A stretch of 64,000 bases of DNA from Bosea sp. (in: a-proteobacteria) (GCF_035999205.1 NZ_DASYHA010000021.1:39605-103604), one strand, 5' to 3'. Shown: positions 28,432-38,926, counted from the first letter of the stretch. The notes: generated by a model not told the origin, from the letters alone. Made by a program: numbers and translations.

Positions 28432-28613
28432 CGGGGTCCGGGCTCGAAATGCGCTTGCGGTTCTGCCCTGATGGCCATGGAATCCGGCGGAATGCATCTC
28501 ACAAGCGCGTGCTTGGCGGGCCCGTGAACCGGGGCGGTCCTTGCCGCGACCAAGAAGCGGACCGGCAGCGCCATCAGGCGCGCCGGCATTTTTGTCCATA
28601 GGCTGGGGTCACC

Positions 28614-29006
28614 ATGAAGACTGCATTTCTCGTCACCGTCCCGCGCGTTCTGCTGGGATTGCTTTTCCTCGTTTCAGCCGTCGACGGCTTCTGGTGGATG
28701 GCGACCGGCAGCCATCTGATCCATCCTCCGACGAGCGAGCGCGGCGTTGCCTTCGAGGTTGCGCTGCAGAATTCCGGCTTCTTCTGGCCGCTGCTGAAGA
28801 CGGTCAACCTCGTCGGAGCGCTCAGCCTGCTGACCAATATCGCGCCGGCGCTGGGCCTCGCCCTGATCGCCCCGGTGATGGCGGTGATCGTGCTGTTCCA
28901 TCTGGTGATCAATCCGCAGGGCATTCCCGTCGCGGTGATCCTCGTCGTGCTCGGCGGCCTGTTGGTCTGGGCCTATCGCGACCGCTACGCGGCACTGCTG
29001 CGCTGA
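28614..29006 (+). CDS. Small integral membrane protein (hypothetical, 4 TM)
   Basis: 130 aa with four hydrophobic segments. Divergent from the VOC gene. No assignable family. Confidence 0.5.
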   Translation: MKTAFLVTVPRVLLGLLFLVSAVDGFWWMATGSHLIHPPTSERGVAFEVALQNSGFFWPLLKTVNLVGALSLLTNIAPALGLALIAPVMAVIVLFHLVINPQGIPVAVILVVLGGLLVWAYRDRYAALLR

Positions 29007-29093
29007 AGGCCCGGTATCGAATGCAGGGCAAGCGACGCCGCAGCGCCGGGCAGTTCCCTCACAGGGTGCCGGGGGCGAGCCTGCGAGACGCGT

Positions 29094-30278
29094 TCAGAGC
29101 GAAAACCCGCGCAGCCGATCGCTGAGTTCGCCGATCCGGTCGGCGGCGACATTGGCGATGGCGATGCGCAGATGCTGCTCCTGCCCGGGGCCGAAATAGG
29201 GGCCGGGCAGGGCCAGCACGCCGCGCTGCTGGACCAGTTCGCGGACAACATCGGCTGCGGGCGTGCCAGCGAAGGGATGCGCGACATAGGCGAAATAGGC
29301 GCCGGCCGCGAGCACCCGCCAGCCATTGTGCGGCGCCATCGCCTCGCGGAACAGTGCGGCGCGGGCATTGATCTCGGTGCGGTTGGCCTCGCGCCAGTCG
29401 CGCGTGCCCTCGATGCCCCATGTGATCGCGGCCTGGCCTGCGCGTACCGGGCTGATCTGGACGCAGTCGAGCACCTTCGCGATCTGAGCCATGACGGCCT
29501 CGCCGGCCGTGATCGCGCCCAGGCGCCAGCCCGGAACGGCATAGGCCTTCGAGAAACTGTAGAGCCCGATCACGGAATCCTGCCAGCGCGTTGTGGCGAA
29601 GACTTCATGCGGTGCGGCAACGCCCGCGGGCAGGAAATCGCGGTAGGTCTCATCGAGCACCAGCCAGAGCCCGCGCCGGGCGCAGAGTTCGGCGAAGGCG
29701 GCGATGGTGGCGGGCGGATAGATCGCGCCGGTCGGGTTGTTGGGCGTCACCAGAACGATCGCGCGGGTGCCCGCATCGATCAGCGCTTCCGCCGTGGCGA
29801 CATCGGGAACGAAGCCGGCTGCAGGGTCGCAAGGCAGGGGCCGGGCCTCGATGCCGAGCATGCGCAGCGTCATCTCGTGGTTGAAGTACCAGGGCGCGGG
29901 CAACAGCACGCTCTGGCCGGCCTTGGCCACGGCCATCATCGTCATCACGAAGGCCTGGTTGCAGCCCGAGCTGATCGCGACCTCAGCCGGCCTGAAGGCG
30001 GTGCCGTAGACGCGCGAAATCTCGGCCGCATAGGCCTCGCGCAGCGCCGTGTCGCCGGTGATCGGGCCATAGCGGGTGTTGTCGGGCAGGGCGGCGGCCT
30101 GCGACAGCCGCTCCAGCAGCGCCGCCGGCGGCGGTGAGCCCGGTACGGCCTGCGACAGGTCGACCAGCGGCCCGAAGCGCCCGTCATAGGCACGTGCCCA
30201 GCCCTGCGCCTGCGGGATCGGCGGGGTTCCGGTGTCGAGGAGGTCGGGGTTCAGGGCGGCGGGCGTCGTGGCGAGCAT
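29094..30278 (-). CDS. PLP-dependent aminotransferase (class I/II fold)
   Basis: 394 aa. Contains ...VLVTPNNPTG..., and ...YSFSKAYAVPGWRLG... holds the PLP-lysine block. Confidence 0.85.
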   Translation of the reverse strand: MLATTPAALNPDLLDTGTPPIPQAQGWARAYDGRFGPLVDLSQAVPGSPPPAALLERLSQAAALPDNTRYGPITGDTALREAYAAEISRVYGTAFRPAEVAISSGCNQAFVMTMMAVAKAGQSVLLPAPWYFNHEMTLRMLGIEARPLPCDPAAGFVPDVATAEALIDAGTRAIVLVTPNNPTGAIYPPATIAAFAELCARRGLWLVLDETYRDFLPAGVAAPHEVFATTRWQDSVIGLYSFSKAYAVPGWRLGAITAGEAVMAQIAKVLDCVQISPVRAGQAAITWGIEGTRDWREANRTEINARAALFREAMAPHNGWRVLAAGAYFAYVAHPFAGTPAADVVRELVQQRGVLALPGPYFGPGQEQHLRIAIANVAADRIGELSDRLRGFSL

Positions 30279-30419
30279 GGCCGGCAGCTTTGGAGCGCGG
30301 CCGCCTTTCCGTCAATCGATGTTGGCGCATGCGATGTTGGCGGACGCATGGGCCAACCGCTTGGATGCTCTGCCCGCCTGCGCCATATCTCGACGGCTGG
30401 GCAAGCGAACGGAGTGCGC

Positions 30420-31175
30420 ATGCAGGACGAGACCAACGACGCCATCGCGGCGCTGCACGACATGCTCGATCGTGCCGCCTCCATCGTCGCCCTCACCGGC
30501 GCCGGCATCTCGACGGAATCGGGCGTGCCGGATTTCCGCTCGCCGGGCTCGCCCTGGATGGTCAACAAGCCGATCCCGTTCGAAGCCTTCGTCCAGAGCC
30601 GCGAAGCGCGCATCGAGGCCTGGCGGCGCAAGTTCGCGATGGACGACCATTATGCGGGAGCTGCCCCCAATCGCGGGCACCGGGCGCTCGCGCGGCTGGT
30701 TGCGGAGGGGCGTTCCCCCGCCGTCATCACGCAGAACATCGACGGGCTGCATCAGGCCTCGGGCGTGCCCGACGAACAGGTGATCGAGCTGCATGGCAAC
30801 GGCACCTATGCGACCTGTCTCGCCTGCGGCTGGCGCCACGAGCTGGCGGCCATCCGCCCGGCCTTCGAGGCGACGGGCGAGCCGCCGGAATGCGTGATGT
30901 GCACCGGCCCGGTCAAATCGGCGACGATTTCCTTCGGCCAGGCGATGCCGCAGGACAAGATGAGCCGGGCGCAGCAACTGGCTCTCGAGTCGGAGCTTTT
31001 CCTGGTCGTCGGCTCGTCCCTCGTCGTCTATCCCGCGGCAACGCTGCCGATCATCGCGAAGAAACAGGGCGCGGAGCTGATCATCGTCAACCGCGAACCG
31101 ACCGAGCTGGACGAGATCGCCGATCTCGTCGTGCGGGCCGAGATCGGGGCGGTGCTGGGTCGGTTGGCGGAATAG
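30420..31175 (+). CDS. cobB: NAD-dependent protein deacylase, Sir2 family
   Basis: Contains LTGAGISTESGVPDFRS and QNIDGLH, plus a Zn ribbon CLACG...CVMCTG. Start moved to MQDETNDA at 30420. Confidence 0.85.
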   Translation: MQDETNDAIAALHDMLDRAASIVALTGAGISTESGVPDFRSPGSPWMVNKPIPFEAFVQSREARIEAWRRKFAMDDHYAGAAPNRGHRALARLVAEGRSPAVITQNIDGLHQASGVPDEQVIELHGNGTYATCLACGWRHELAAIRPAFEATGEPPECVMCTGPVKSATISFGQAMPQDKMSRAQQLALESELFLVVGSSLVVYPAATLPIIAKKQGAELIIVNREPTELDEIADLVVRAEIGAVLGRLAE

Positions 31176-31237
31176 AGTGTAGACGGAGGCGCGGGCACGC
31201 CTTCCGCCTCGGTGCCGAAACGGGCGGTGCTTTGCGC

Positions 31238-34200
31238 TTACCAGGTCAGGCGCACGCCGAGCTTGCCGCCGACGGACCGGACTTCCTGGCCGCTCAGCTC
31301 GGTGGTGTAGTTCGCCTTGCCGTAGAGCGCGACGTTCTTGGTGACCTGGGCCGACAGGCCGGCCCCGATCTCTAGCGCGGTCGCGTTGCGGTCCGTCCGG
31401 ATCGGATAGCCGTTGAACCGGACGGTGTCCGAGCCGTTCCCGAAATCGTGCCAGAGATTGGCGACGAGGAAGGGCTTCACCGGGACACCGTTCCAGTCGA
31501 GGTCGCCAACAAGGCGTGCGCCGAGCCGGCCGGTCAGCACATTGGCGCTGTCATAGGAGATCGCCGAGAACAGGTCCCGGTAGCGGTCACCCTGCTGGTG
31601 CTGGAAGATCAGCTGCGCCTGCGGTTCGAGCCGCCAGTTTGCCGAGAGCGCGATCGGATAGCCCGCTTCGAGCGAGGCGGAGAAGATCGTACCGCGGCTG
31701 TCCCCCTTCACCCCGAAGACCGAGCGCGCGTTCTGGTCGAGCCAGGAGCCCATCACGACGGCGTCGAGATAGGCACCCGAATTCCAGAAATGGGTCCAGT
31801 AGGCGCCGACGCTGTAGCTGGAGATGTCGAGCTTGCCGACCGACTGGTTGCGGCGCCCGATCGAGAAGCCTTTCACGTCTCCGCTCGTGTTGTGGTAGCC
31901 GAAGAAGATGCCGAAGCGGTCGCGCTGGCCGTTGGCGTGGTCGATGCCGTAGAGCGGCAGTCCGGCCTGCAGGCCCCAGAACGAGCCGTCGAATTTGGGG
32001 CTCGCGGTGCCGCGCCAGGCTTCCTCGTGATGACTTCCATAGGCCCGACCCCAACCGAGGCGCAGGACGCCATCGGCCGAGGCGTAGACCTGCTCGCCCT
32101 CGCGGTCGTGGAAGGTGCCGAGCGTGGTGCGCGCCGCACTTCGCGCCAGACTGGGAATCGCCGACTGGAGTGCGACTTCCGGACGGAACAGGATGACGCC
32201 AGGCCGCGTGCTGCCGCCGCCGCTGGTGCCTCCGCCGCCGCCCGAGCCGCCGCCTCCGGTGCCGCCGCCACCGCCGCTTCCACCGCCACCGTCGCCACCG
32301 CCGCCATCGGGGGTAGGATCAGGATCGGGGGGAGTGGGACCGGGATCCGGCTCGAAGTTGCGGAGATACCAGTTCTGCGCCGTGCCGGCAGTCACGCCGC
32401 CGCGATATAGCTGGTACTCGAAAGCGCCCGCCGCGACGCGGCCCGAAAGCGAGAACGCTCCCGGCACGGTCGTGCCGCCACTGGTCGCCTCGACGACGAG
32501 GATGCCGTTCCCGGTGGTGAGGTCGCCGGTCCCGCCGACATTGGTGATGCCGAGGCTGGTCGTGCCGCTCGCCGCGCCCGATTGGATGACGAGCTTGTCC
32601 GAGGGCGCTCCGTCGCCGGCGAGCACGGTGTTCAGCAGCAGGCGCCCGCCCTGGCCGATGTAGTTGCCGCGGATGACGAAGGCGTCGGTGACCGAGGAGC
32701 CGGCATTGGTCAGGTCGATCGTGCCGGCGTTCTCGACCGTGGTCAGGAGCCCCGAGGCGAACGGCGCCACCGTATGCGTTCCGTTGCCCGCGAACACGGT
32801 GCTGGTGGCATCGATCGTCAGCCTGCCCGTCCCGGTGCCGGAATCGCCGAGCGTGAGGGTCGAGTAGTTGTCGAAGGTCAGCTGCGAGCCATTGGTAAGC
32901 TGGAACAGCTCCCAGTTGACATAGCGGTAGACGCCGTCGCCGCGCGTATTGTCCCAGACGAGCTGGTCGGAGCCGAGGCCGCCATCGATGCGCAGGCCCG
33001 TCGCCAGGTTGGTCGGCGTCAGGTTGAGGAACAGGGCGTGATCATCCTCGGTCCCCATGTCGATGAAGCCGCTGATCGTGCCGCCGCTCCAGGTCAGGCG
33101 GTCCGCGCCGCCTTCGCCCTGGAAGTTCGTCGAAATGTGACCATCTACGATGAAGGCCTGGTCGTTGTCGGGGCCCATCAGGATCGGCGCGTTGACCGTG
33201 CCGCCGAGCATGACGAAGATGTCGTTGCCGGGGCCCATCTCGATCGTCCCGTTCTCGACCGGATCGGTGAATCGGGCGAAGGGGCGATTGGTCAGGATGT
33301 CGTTTCCGGCGCCGAGCCGAATGGCGACGTTGACCGTGCCGAGGTTGTCGACGACGTCATTCGAGGTGCCGCCCGTCGTGTCGATGCTCTGCATCACGGC
33401 GCCGGGCCGGTTGACGATGGTGTTGGTTCCGTTGCCGGTCAGCGTGATGGCGCCGTTGAAGGTGCCGAAATTGTCGATGAAGTTGGACGGGCCGGTCAGC
33501 GTGAAGACCCCACTGACCGTGCCGCGGTCGCCTGCTTCGGAGCCGTTGATGAAGCGGTTCTGCAGCGTGCCTGTCAGGGTCGCGCCCGCATTGAGCGTGC
33601 CCAGATTGTTGATCGTGTTCTGATAGCCGGTGATGTTGACCAGGCCGTTGACGTTGCGGCCGGCGAAGACGTTGAGGGTGTTCTCGCCGGCCCCGGTAAT
33701 GGTGATGCCGCCGGAGTTGAAGGTGCCGTTCTGGTTGATGATGATGGTGCCGTCGCCGGAGCCGACGATCCCGCCATTCAGCGTGCCGGTGTTGTTGAGC
33801 GTCTTCGTGAAGCCGCTGACGCCGACGAAGTTCAGGGCGGGGCTACCCTGTAGCGTGCCGTCGTTGTTGACCGTGCTGTTGCCCGTCCCCTGGATGTCGA
33901 CCGTTCCGGCCAGCGTCGTGCCCGAGACGACATTCACGGTGATGCCGGTATTGAGCGGGGCGGTGAAGCCCGTGCCGATGAAGCCGCCGCTGCAGGTCAC
34001 GGTGTCGCCCGCGGCCGGCACCGCCGGGGCGCATTGCGCCATCGCGGGGCTTTCCAGCGCGCAGGTCATCGCGAACGACGCCGAGGCGCCGAGCAGGAGC
34101 GTCCGCAGGCGCGGCCTGCCGGCAGAGGGGGGCGACCCGGCCAAGCCGGACCGCGACGGATGTATGGGGGCGAAGGCCTCGGGCAGGGGAGGTCGTGTCG

Positions 34201-34273
34201 TCAGGGAATTGGCTTTGGGAGTCTCGGAGCATACGGCGCTCGATCGAATATTGTTCGGGAGCAAATGTCGCAT
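31238..34273 (-). CDS. Autotransporter (type Va) outer-membrane protein with beta-helical passenger
   Basis: The passenger has recurrent N-x-G-T-(L/F)-N-(G/A) rungs. A Pro/Gly linker PDPGPTPPDPDPTPDGGGGDGGGGSGGGGGTGGGGSGGGGGTSGGGS follows. The C-terminal beta-barrel domain ends ...GGKLGVRLTW. Start uncertain: 34273, 34363, or further in near the AMA signal cleavage-like site. Confidence 0.85.
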   Translation of the reverse strand: MRHLLPNNIRSSAVCSETPKANSLTTRPPLPEAFAPIHPSRSGLAGSPPSAGRPRLRTLLLGASASFAMTCALESPAMAQCAPAVPAAGDTVTCSGGFIGTGFTAPLNTGITVNVVSGTTLAGTVDIQGTGNSTVNNDGTLQGSPALNFVGVSGFTKTLNNTGTLNGGIVGSGDGTIIINQNGTFNSGGITITGAGENTLNVFAGRNVNGLVNITGYQNTINNLGTLNAGATLTGTLQNRFINGSEAGDRGTVSGVFTLTGPSNFIDNFGTFNGAITLTGNGTNTIVNRPGAVMQSIDTTGGTSNDVVDNLGTVNVAIRLGAGNDILTNRPFARFTDPVENGTIEMGPGNDIFVMLGGTVNAPILMGPDNDQAFIVDGHISTNFQGEGGADRLTWSGGTISGFIDMGTEDDHALFLNLTPTNLATGLRIDGGLGSDQLVWDNTRGDGVYRYVNWELFQLTNGSQLTFDNYSTLTLGDSGTGTGRLTIDATSTVFAGNGTHTVAPFASGLLTTVENAGTIDLTNAGSSVTDAFVIRGNYIGQGGRLLLNTVLAGDGAPSDKLVIQSGAASGTTSLGITNVGGTGDLTTGNGILVVEATSGGTTVPGAFSLSGRVAAGAFEYQLYRGGVTAGTAQNWYLRNFEPDPGPTPPDPDPTPDGGGGDGGGGSGGGGGTGGGGSGGGGGTSGGGSTRPGVILFRPEVALQSAIPSLARSAARTTLGTFHDREGEQVYASADGVLRLGWGRAYGSHHEEAWRGTASPKFDGSFWGLQAGLPLYGIDHANGQRDRFGIFFGYHNTSGDVKGFSIGRRNQSVGKLDISSYSVGAYWTHFWNSGAYLDAVVMGSWLDQNARSVFGVKGDSRGTIFSASLEAGYPIALSANWRLEPQAQLIFQHQQGDRYRDLFSAISYDSANVLTGRLGARLVGDLDWNGVPVKPFLVANLWHDFGNGSDTVRFNGYPIRTDRNATALEIGAGLSAQVTKNVALYGKANYTTELSGQEVRSVGGKLGVRLTW

Positions 34274-34680
34274 GAGACAATCCGAATAATCATATCGATG
34301 CCGCAATTGATGTTCTGTTCTCCCATATTGGTCAACCCGAAGATGTCGCTGGGTGCGTGTCATAATCGAAGCAATTTTGAATCATTATTGTCTAATTGCC
34401 TGAGATGTTTGCCGATATTCGGTTTCTGTAGCCTGCCCGGGCGAAGGTGCTGCGGTGCGCTGAGGGCAGGGCCCCCTTGCATTCTGCGAATCGCGGCCCG
34501 GGCCAGCGGCGCTCTTGGCGCATGGCGACCGGCGTGCTGCCCGGCGCCGACAACCTGGGGCTCGGCCCGGCGTTGAGGGCGCGTTGATGTGGATGACGCA
34601 AAGCCGGCTGTATCGCGACTCCACAGCGATGTTATCCTGAGGCCACGAATCAAGCCATTTCGGGCGGGGGTGGGTGGCAA

Positions 34681-35295
34681 ATGTCCGACGAGTTCGGTGA
34701 GAGCGGGCGGCGACCGATGGGACCGATCCAGTCACTCAACCGCGTGATGCGGCTCGACGGGCCAGAAGGGCTCGGTCACGAGGCCGCCGTCGAGCTCAGC
34801 GGTCACGTCAAATGGTTCGACGTCAGCAAGGGCTACGGCTTCGTCGTGCCCGAGGACGGCGGCGCCGACATTCTTGTCCATGTCACGATCCTGAAGCGCG
34901 ACGGCTTCAACGCCATCGCCGAAGGCGCCCATATCGTGCTGGAGGCGGTGGCCAAGCCGCGGGGCCGCCAGGCCATCCGCGTCCTGTCGATCGACACCAG
35001 TGCAGCGCGGCACCCCGCCGAGATGCCGCTCGCGCGCACCAATGTGCAGGTCACGCCGACCAGCGGGCTCGAGCGGATGACGGTGAAGTGGTTCAACCGC
35101 CTGCGCGGCTTCGGCTTCGTCTCGGCCGGCGAGAACGCCCCTGACATCTTCGTCCATATGGAGACGATGCGGCGCTACGGGCTGGTCGAACTGATCCCGG
35201 GGCAGACCGTGCTGGTGCGCTACGGACCCGGACCCAAGGGCCTGATGGCAGCCGAGATCCGGCTGGAGCAGGGCGGGATCGCCAGCTCGCATTGA
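34681..35295 (+). CDS. Cold-shock-domain protein with two tandem CSDs
   Basis: GHVKWFDVSKGYGFVVPEDGGADILVH and MTVKWFNRLRGFGFVSAGENAPDIFVH each carry RNP1/RNP2-like motifs. Confidence 0.85.
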   Translation: MSDEFGESGRRPMGPIQSLNRVMRLDGPEGLGHEAAVELSGHVKWFDVSKGYGFVVPEDGGADILVHVTILKRDGFNAIAEGAHIVLEAVAKPRGRQAIRVLSIDTSAARHPAEMPLARTNVQVTPTSGLERMTVKWFNRLRGFGFVSAGENAPDIFVHMETMRRYGLVELIPGQTVLVRYGPGPKGLMAAEIRLEQGGIASSH

Positions 35296-35321
35296 GACGA
35301 CCGCAATTCGCAGGTCAGCGG

Positions 35322-35346
35322 AAGGCGCCCTTGTGGCGCCTTTTTC
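35322..35346 (+). terminator. Rho-independent terminator after the CSD gene
   Basis: aaggcgcc-cttgt-ggcgcctt followed by a T-run. Confidence 0.7.
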
Positions 35347-35422
35347 ATTAGGGCCGCCCGATTGGGCAGGAAACCGACATTATCCCCCGGCCATGTCGGG
35401 GGCCGGGAAGCCCGAGTACAAT

Positions 35423-35776
35423 CTAAAGCGCGAACGAGGTTCCGCAGCCGCAGGAGCTCGTGGCGTTCGGGTTGGTGATCCGGAAGGACTGGCCGACGAG
35501 ATCGTCGACGAAGTCGATGGTGCAGCCTTCGAGCAGGTCGAGCGAGGTCTCGTCGATCAGGACGGTGGCGCCGTCACGCTCGATCACGAGGTCGCCGGGG
35601 GCCTTCTCCTGATCGACGTCGAAAATGTACTGGAAGCCCGAGCAGCCGCCACCGGCGACGCTGACGCGCAGCATCGAGCCCGGCGGTTCCTTCGCCATCA
35701 CGGAGAGAATGCGGGTCGCGGCCTTGCCCGTCACGGCGATGCCGCGCGGATTGACCGGCATATCGGTCGTCATCAT
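35423..35776 (-). CDS. HesB/IscA/ErpA-family iron-sulfur cluster insertion protein
   Basis: 117 aa. Contains GGGCSGFQY and the C-terminal CGCGTSF motif. Confidence 0.85.
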   Translation of the reverse strand: MMTTDMPVNPRGIAVTGKAATRILSVMAKEPPGSMLRVSVAGGGCSGFQYIFDVDQEKAPGDLVIERDGATVLIDETSLDLLEGCTIDFVDDLVGQSFRITNPNATSSCGCGTSFAL

Positions 35777-35858
35777 CAGATGCTCCTTGCACCTTCGTTA
35801 CGCGCAAAGGTAATTGCGCCGCAACGCCTCTACAAGCAGGGGAGGCGACGGGTCTGCC

Positions 35859-37106
35859 ATGCCGCATCCAGAGAAGCCCTTTTTCACGGCCGGGCCCGAT
35901 TTCGAGCCTGGCGATCGCTGGCGCGCTCCTTACGCTTGCCGCACCGCGACGAGCCGTGGCCGGCTGATCGCCGAGCCGGCCTCGCCGACGCGCAACCCTT
36001 TCCAGCGTGATCGCGACCGGATCATTCATTCGACCGCGTTCCGTCGGCTCAAGCACAAGACCCAGGTCTTCGTCTCGCATGAGGGCGACCATTTCCGCAC
36101 GCGGCTGACGCATTCCATCGAGGTCGCGCAGATCGCGCGCGCCTTGGCGCGGGCGCTCGGGCTCGACGAGGATCTGGCCGAGGCGCTGGCGCTCGCGCAT
36201 GACCTCGGCCACACGCCCTTCGGCCATACCGGTGAGGATGCGCTCGCCGAGTGCATGGCCCCGTTCGGCGGCTTCGACCACAATGCCCAGACTCTCAGGA
36301 TCGTGACGCGGCTGGAGCGGCGCTATGCCGGTTTCGACGGGCTCAACCTGACCTGGGAGACGCTGGAGGGTCTCGTCAAGCACAATGGCCCGCTCTTGTT
36401 CCCCGACGGGACACCGACCGAGCGCTACGCCACGACCGGCATTCCGGCGGCCATCGTCGAGTACCAGGCGAAGCAGGACCTCTGGCTGGATTCCTATGCC
36501 TCGGCCGAGGCGCAGGCCGCAGCCCTTGCCGACGATATCGCCTACAACGCCCATGACATCGATGACGGCTTGCGGGCAGGACTGTTCGGCCACGCCGAGC
36601 TCAAGGCGGTGCCGTTCCTTGCCGGACTGCTCGACGAGATCGAGTCGCTGCATCCCGGGCTCGAGACATCACGGACGACGAATGAACTGGTCCGGCGGGT
36701 GATCACCCGGTTCGTCGAGGGGGTGATCGTCGAGTCGCAGGCGCGGCTGGAAAAGCTGGCGCCGGCCGACGCCGATGCGATCAGGCGGGCGGGTGGGCCT
36801 GTGGTCGCCTTCCCGGCGGCGATCGAGGCTGCGGACCGCGAGATCAAGGCCTTCCTCTATCCGAACATGTATCGCCATGCCCGGATCGCGCCGATCCGTC
36901 GCGATGCGGCGCAGGTGGTGCGCGAGCTCTTCGGCCGCTTCAACGCCGATCCAGCATTGATGCCGGCCGACTGGGCGGCTGGCTGCGAGGGGCTCGACGC
37001 CCATCGCCGCGCGCGGCGGATTGCCGACTATATCGCCGGCATGACCGACTGGTACGCGCTCGACGAACACCGCCGCCTGTTTGACGCGACCCCGTCGCTG
37101 CGATAG
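35859..37106 (+). CDS. Deoxyguanosinetriphosphate triphosphohydrolase-like HD-domain protein
   Basis: Contains [32 protein letters not shown] and [12 protein letters not shown]. Start moved to 35859. Confidence 0.85.
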   Translation: MPHPEKPFFTAGPDFEPGDRWRAPYACRTATSRGRLIAEPASPTRNPFQRDRDRIIHSTAFRRLKHKTQVFVSHEGDHFRTRLTHSIEVAQIARALARALGLDEDLAEALALAHDLGHTPFGHTGEDALAECMAPFGGFDHNAQTLRIVTRLERRYAGFDGLNLTWETLEGLVKHNGPLLFPDGTPTERYATTGIPAAIVEYQAKQDLWLDSYASAEAQAAALADDIAYNAHDIDDGLRAGLFGHAELKAVPFLAGLLDEIESLHPGLETSRTTNELVRRVITRFVEGVIVESQARLEKLAPADADAIRRAGGPVVAFPAAIEAADREIKAFLYPNMYRHARIAPIRRDAAQVVRELFGRFNADPALMPADWAAGCEGLDAHRRARRIADYIAGMTDWYALDEHRRLFDATPSLR

Positions 37107-37153
37107 GGCCGGGCATTCCCAAACCCGCCTAGCTTGTCCGTTCGCAGCAGATA

Positions 37154-38926
37154 TTGGCCGCCATGAACCTGTTCGAGACCTATTCCGCCCGTGTCGCCGC
37201 CGCGATTTCGGCTCTTGCCGAGCGCGGGGCCCTGCCTGCCGGCCTCGATCTCGGGCGCGTCGTGGTCGAGCCGACCAAGGACCCGGCCCATGGCGATCTC
37301 GCGACCAATGCCGCGATGGTGCTCGCCAAGGAGGCCGGAACCAACCCGCGCGCGCTGGCTGCGCTTCTGGTCGAAGAGCTCTCGGGCGATGCCGAGATCG
37401 TCAAGGCGGAGATCGCCGGGCCGGGCTTCATCAATCTGACGCTGCAGCCGGCAGTGTTCACCGCGATCCTGAAGGACGCGGTCGAGCGAGGGCTGGAATA
37501 CGGACGAGGGGCGTCCAAGCCCGAGCCGAAGATCAATGTCGAATATGTCTCGGCCAACCCGACCGGGCCGATGCATGTCGGCCATGGCCGTGGCGCCGTG
37601 TTTGGCGATTCGCTCGCCAACATCCTCGCCTTCGCCGGCCATGCGGTGACGCGCGAATACTACATCAACGACGCCGGTGCTCAGGTCGACGTGCTCGCCC
37701 GCTCCGCCTTCCTGCGCTACCGCGAGGCGCTGGGTGAGACCATCACCATTCCGGAGGGGCTGTATCCGGGCGATTATCTCGTCTCGGTCGGCCAGACCCT
37801 GGCCAAGGCGCATGGCGACGCGCTGCTGGGCAAGCCCGAAGCCGAATGGCTGCCGCTCGTGCGCCAGACCGCCATCGACGGCATGATGGCGATGATCCGC
37901 GACGATCTCGCCGCGCTCGGCGTCGTCCACGACGTCTTCTTCTCGGAGCGTTCGCTGCAGGTCGTCGACGGCAACAAGGATGCCGTGAAGGAAACGATCG
38001 AGGACCTGCGCTCGCGCGACCTGATCTATGAGGGCCGGCTGCCGCCGCCGAAGGGCCAGAAGGACGAGGACTGGGAGGATCGCGAGCAGACGCTCTTCCG
38101 CGCCACCAAGTTCGGCGACGATGTCGACCGGCCCCTGCTGAAGTCAGATGGCAGCTATACCTATTTCGCCAACGACATCGCCTATCACCGCTCCAAGTTC
38201 ACGCGCGGCTTTCCCCAGATGATCGACGTCTGGGGCGCCGACCATGGCGGCTACGTCAAGCGCATGCAGGCGGCGGTGAAGGCCGTGACGCATGAGAAGG
38301 GCGAGCTCGACGTCAAGCTCTGCCAGCTCGTCAAGCTGCTGCGCAACGGCGAGCCGGTGAAGATGTCGAAGCGTTCGGGCGATTTCGTCACGCTGCGCGA
38401 AGTCATCGACGAGGTCGGCCGCGATGCGGTGCGCTTCATGATGATCTTCCGCAAGAACGACGCGACGCTCGACTTCGATCTCGCCAAGGTGGTCGAGCAG
38501 TCGAAGGACAACCCCGTCTTCTACGTCCAGTATGCCCATGCGCGCTGCGCCTCGATCTTCCGGCAGGCGCGTGAGGCGTTTCCCGATCTCGATCTAGCGC
38601 CGGCCGCGCTGGCGCGGTCCGATCTCGCCCGTCTGACCGACGAGGCGGAGGTTGGTATCGTCAAGTTGATCGCGTCCTATCCGCGAATCATCGAAGGCGC
38701 GGCGGCCGCTCACGAGCCACATCGCGTTGCGTTTTTTGTTCATGAGCTGGCGAGCGCTTTCCATTCGCTATGGAACAAGGGCAAAGACTCGCCGCAATTA
38801 CGGTTCGTTAATCAAACTGATCGAGAGTCGACCTTGGCGAGGTTGGCGTTTGTGCATGCAGTGCGCGGCGTCCTTGCTTCCGGTCTGGCTGTCGCCGGAG
38901 TTGCGGCGCCGGAAGAGATGCGCTGA
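37154..38926 (+). CDS. argS: Arginine--tRNA ligase
   Basis: Class I aaRS with a PMHVGHGRG (HIGH-type) block, a KMSKRSG (KMSKS) block, and the DALR anticodon-binding C-terminus. Alternative start MNLFE lies 3 codons in. Confidence 0.95.
   Translation: MAAMNLFETYSARVAAAISALAERGALPAGLDLGRVVVEPTKDPAHGDLATNAAMVLAKEAGTNPRALAALLVEELSGDAEIVKAEIAGPGFINLTLQPAVFTAILKDAVERGLEYGRGASKPEPKINVEYVSANPTGPMHVGHGRGAVFGDSLANILAFAGHAVTREYYINDAGAQVDVLARSAFLRYREALGETITIPEGLYPGDYLVSVGQTLAKAHGDALLGKPEAEWLPLVRQTAIDGMMAMIRDDLAALGVVHDVFFSERSLQVVDGNKDAVKETIEDLRSRDLIYEGRLPPPKGQKDEDWEDREQTLFRATKFGDDVDRPLLKSDGSYTYFANDIAYHRSKFTRGFPQMIDVWGADHGGYVKRMQAAVKAVTHEKGELDVKLCQLVKLLRNGEPVKMSKRSGDFVTLREVIDEVGRDAVRFMMIFRKNDATLDFDLAKVVEQSKDNPVFYVQYAHARCASIFRQAREAFPDLDLAPAALARSDLARLTDEAEVGIVKLIASYPRIIEGAAAAHEPHRVAFFVHELASAFHSLWNKGKDSPQLRFVNQTDRESTLARLAFVHAVRGVLASGLAVAGVAAPEEMR

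Noticed and set aside
32200-32340. Simple-sequence tract (ccgccgcc...) considered as a tandem repeat or CRISPR-like array
   Set aside because: It is in frame inside the autotransporter and encodes the Gly/Pro linker. There is no repeat-spacer architecture. It is reported only as a slippage-prone coding tract.
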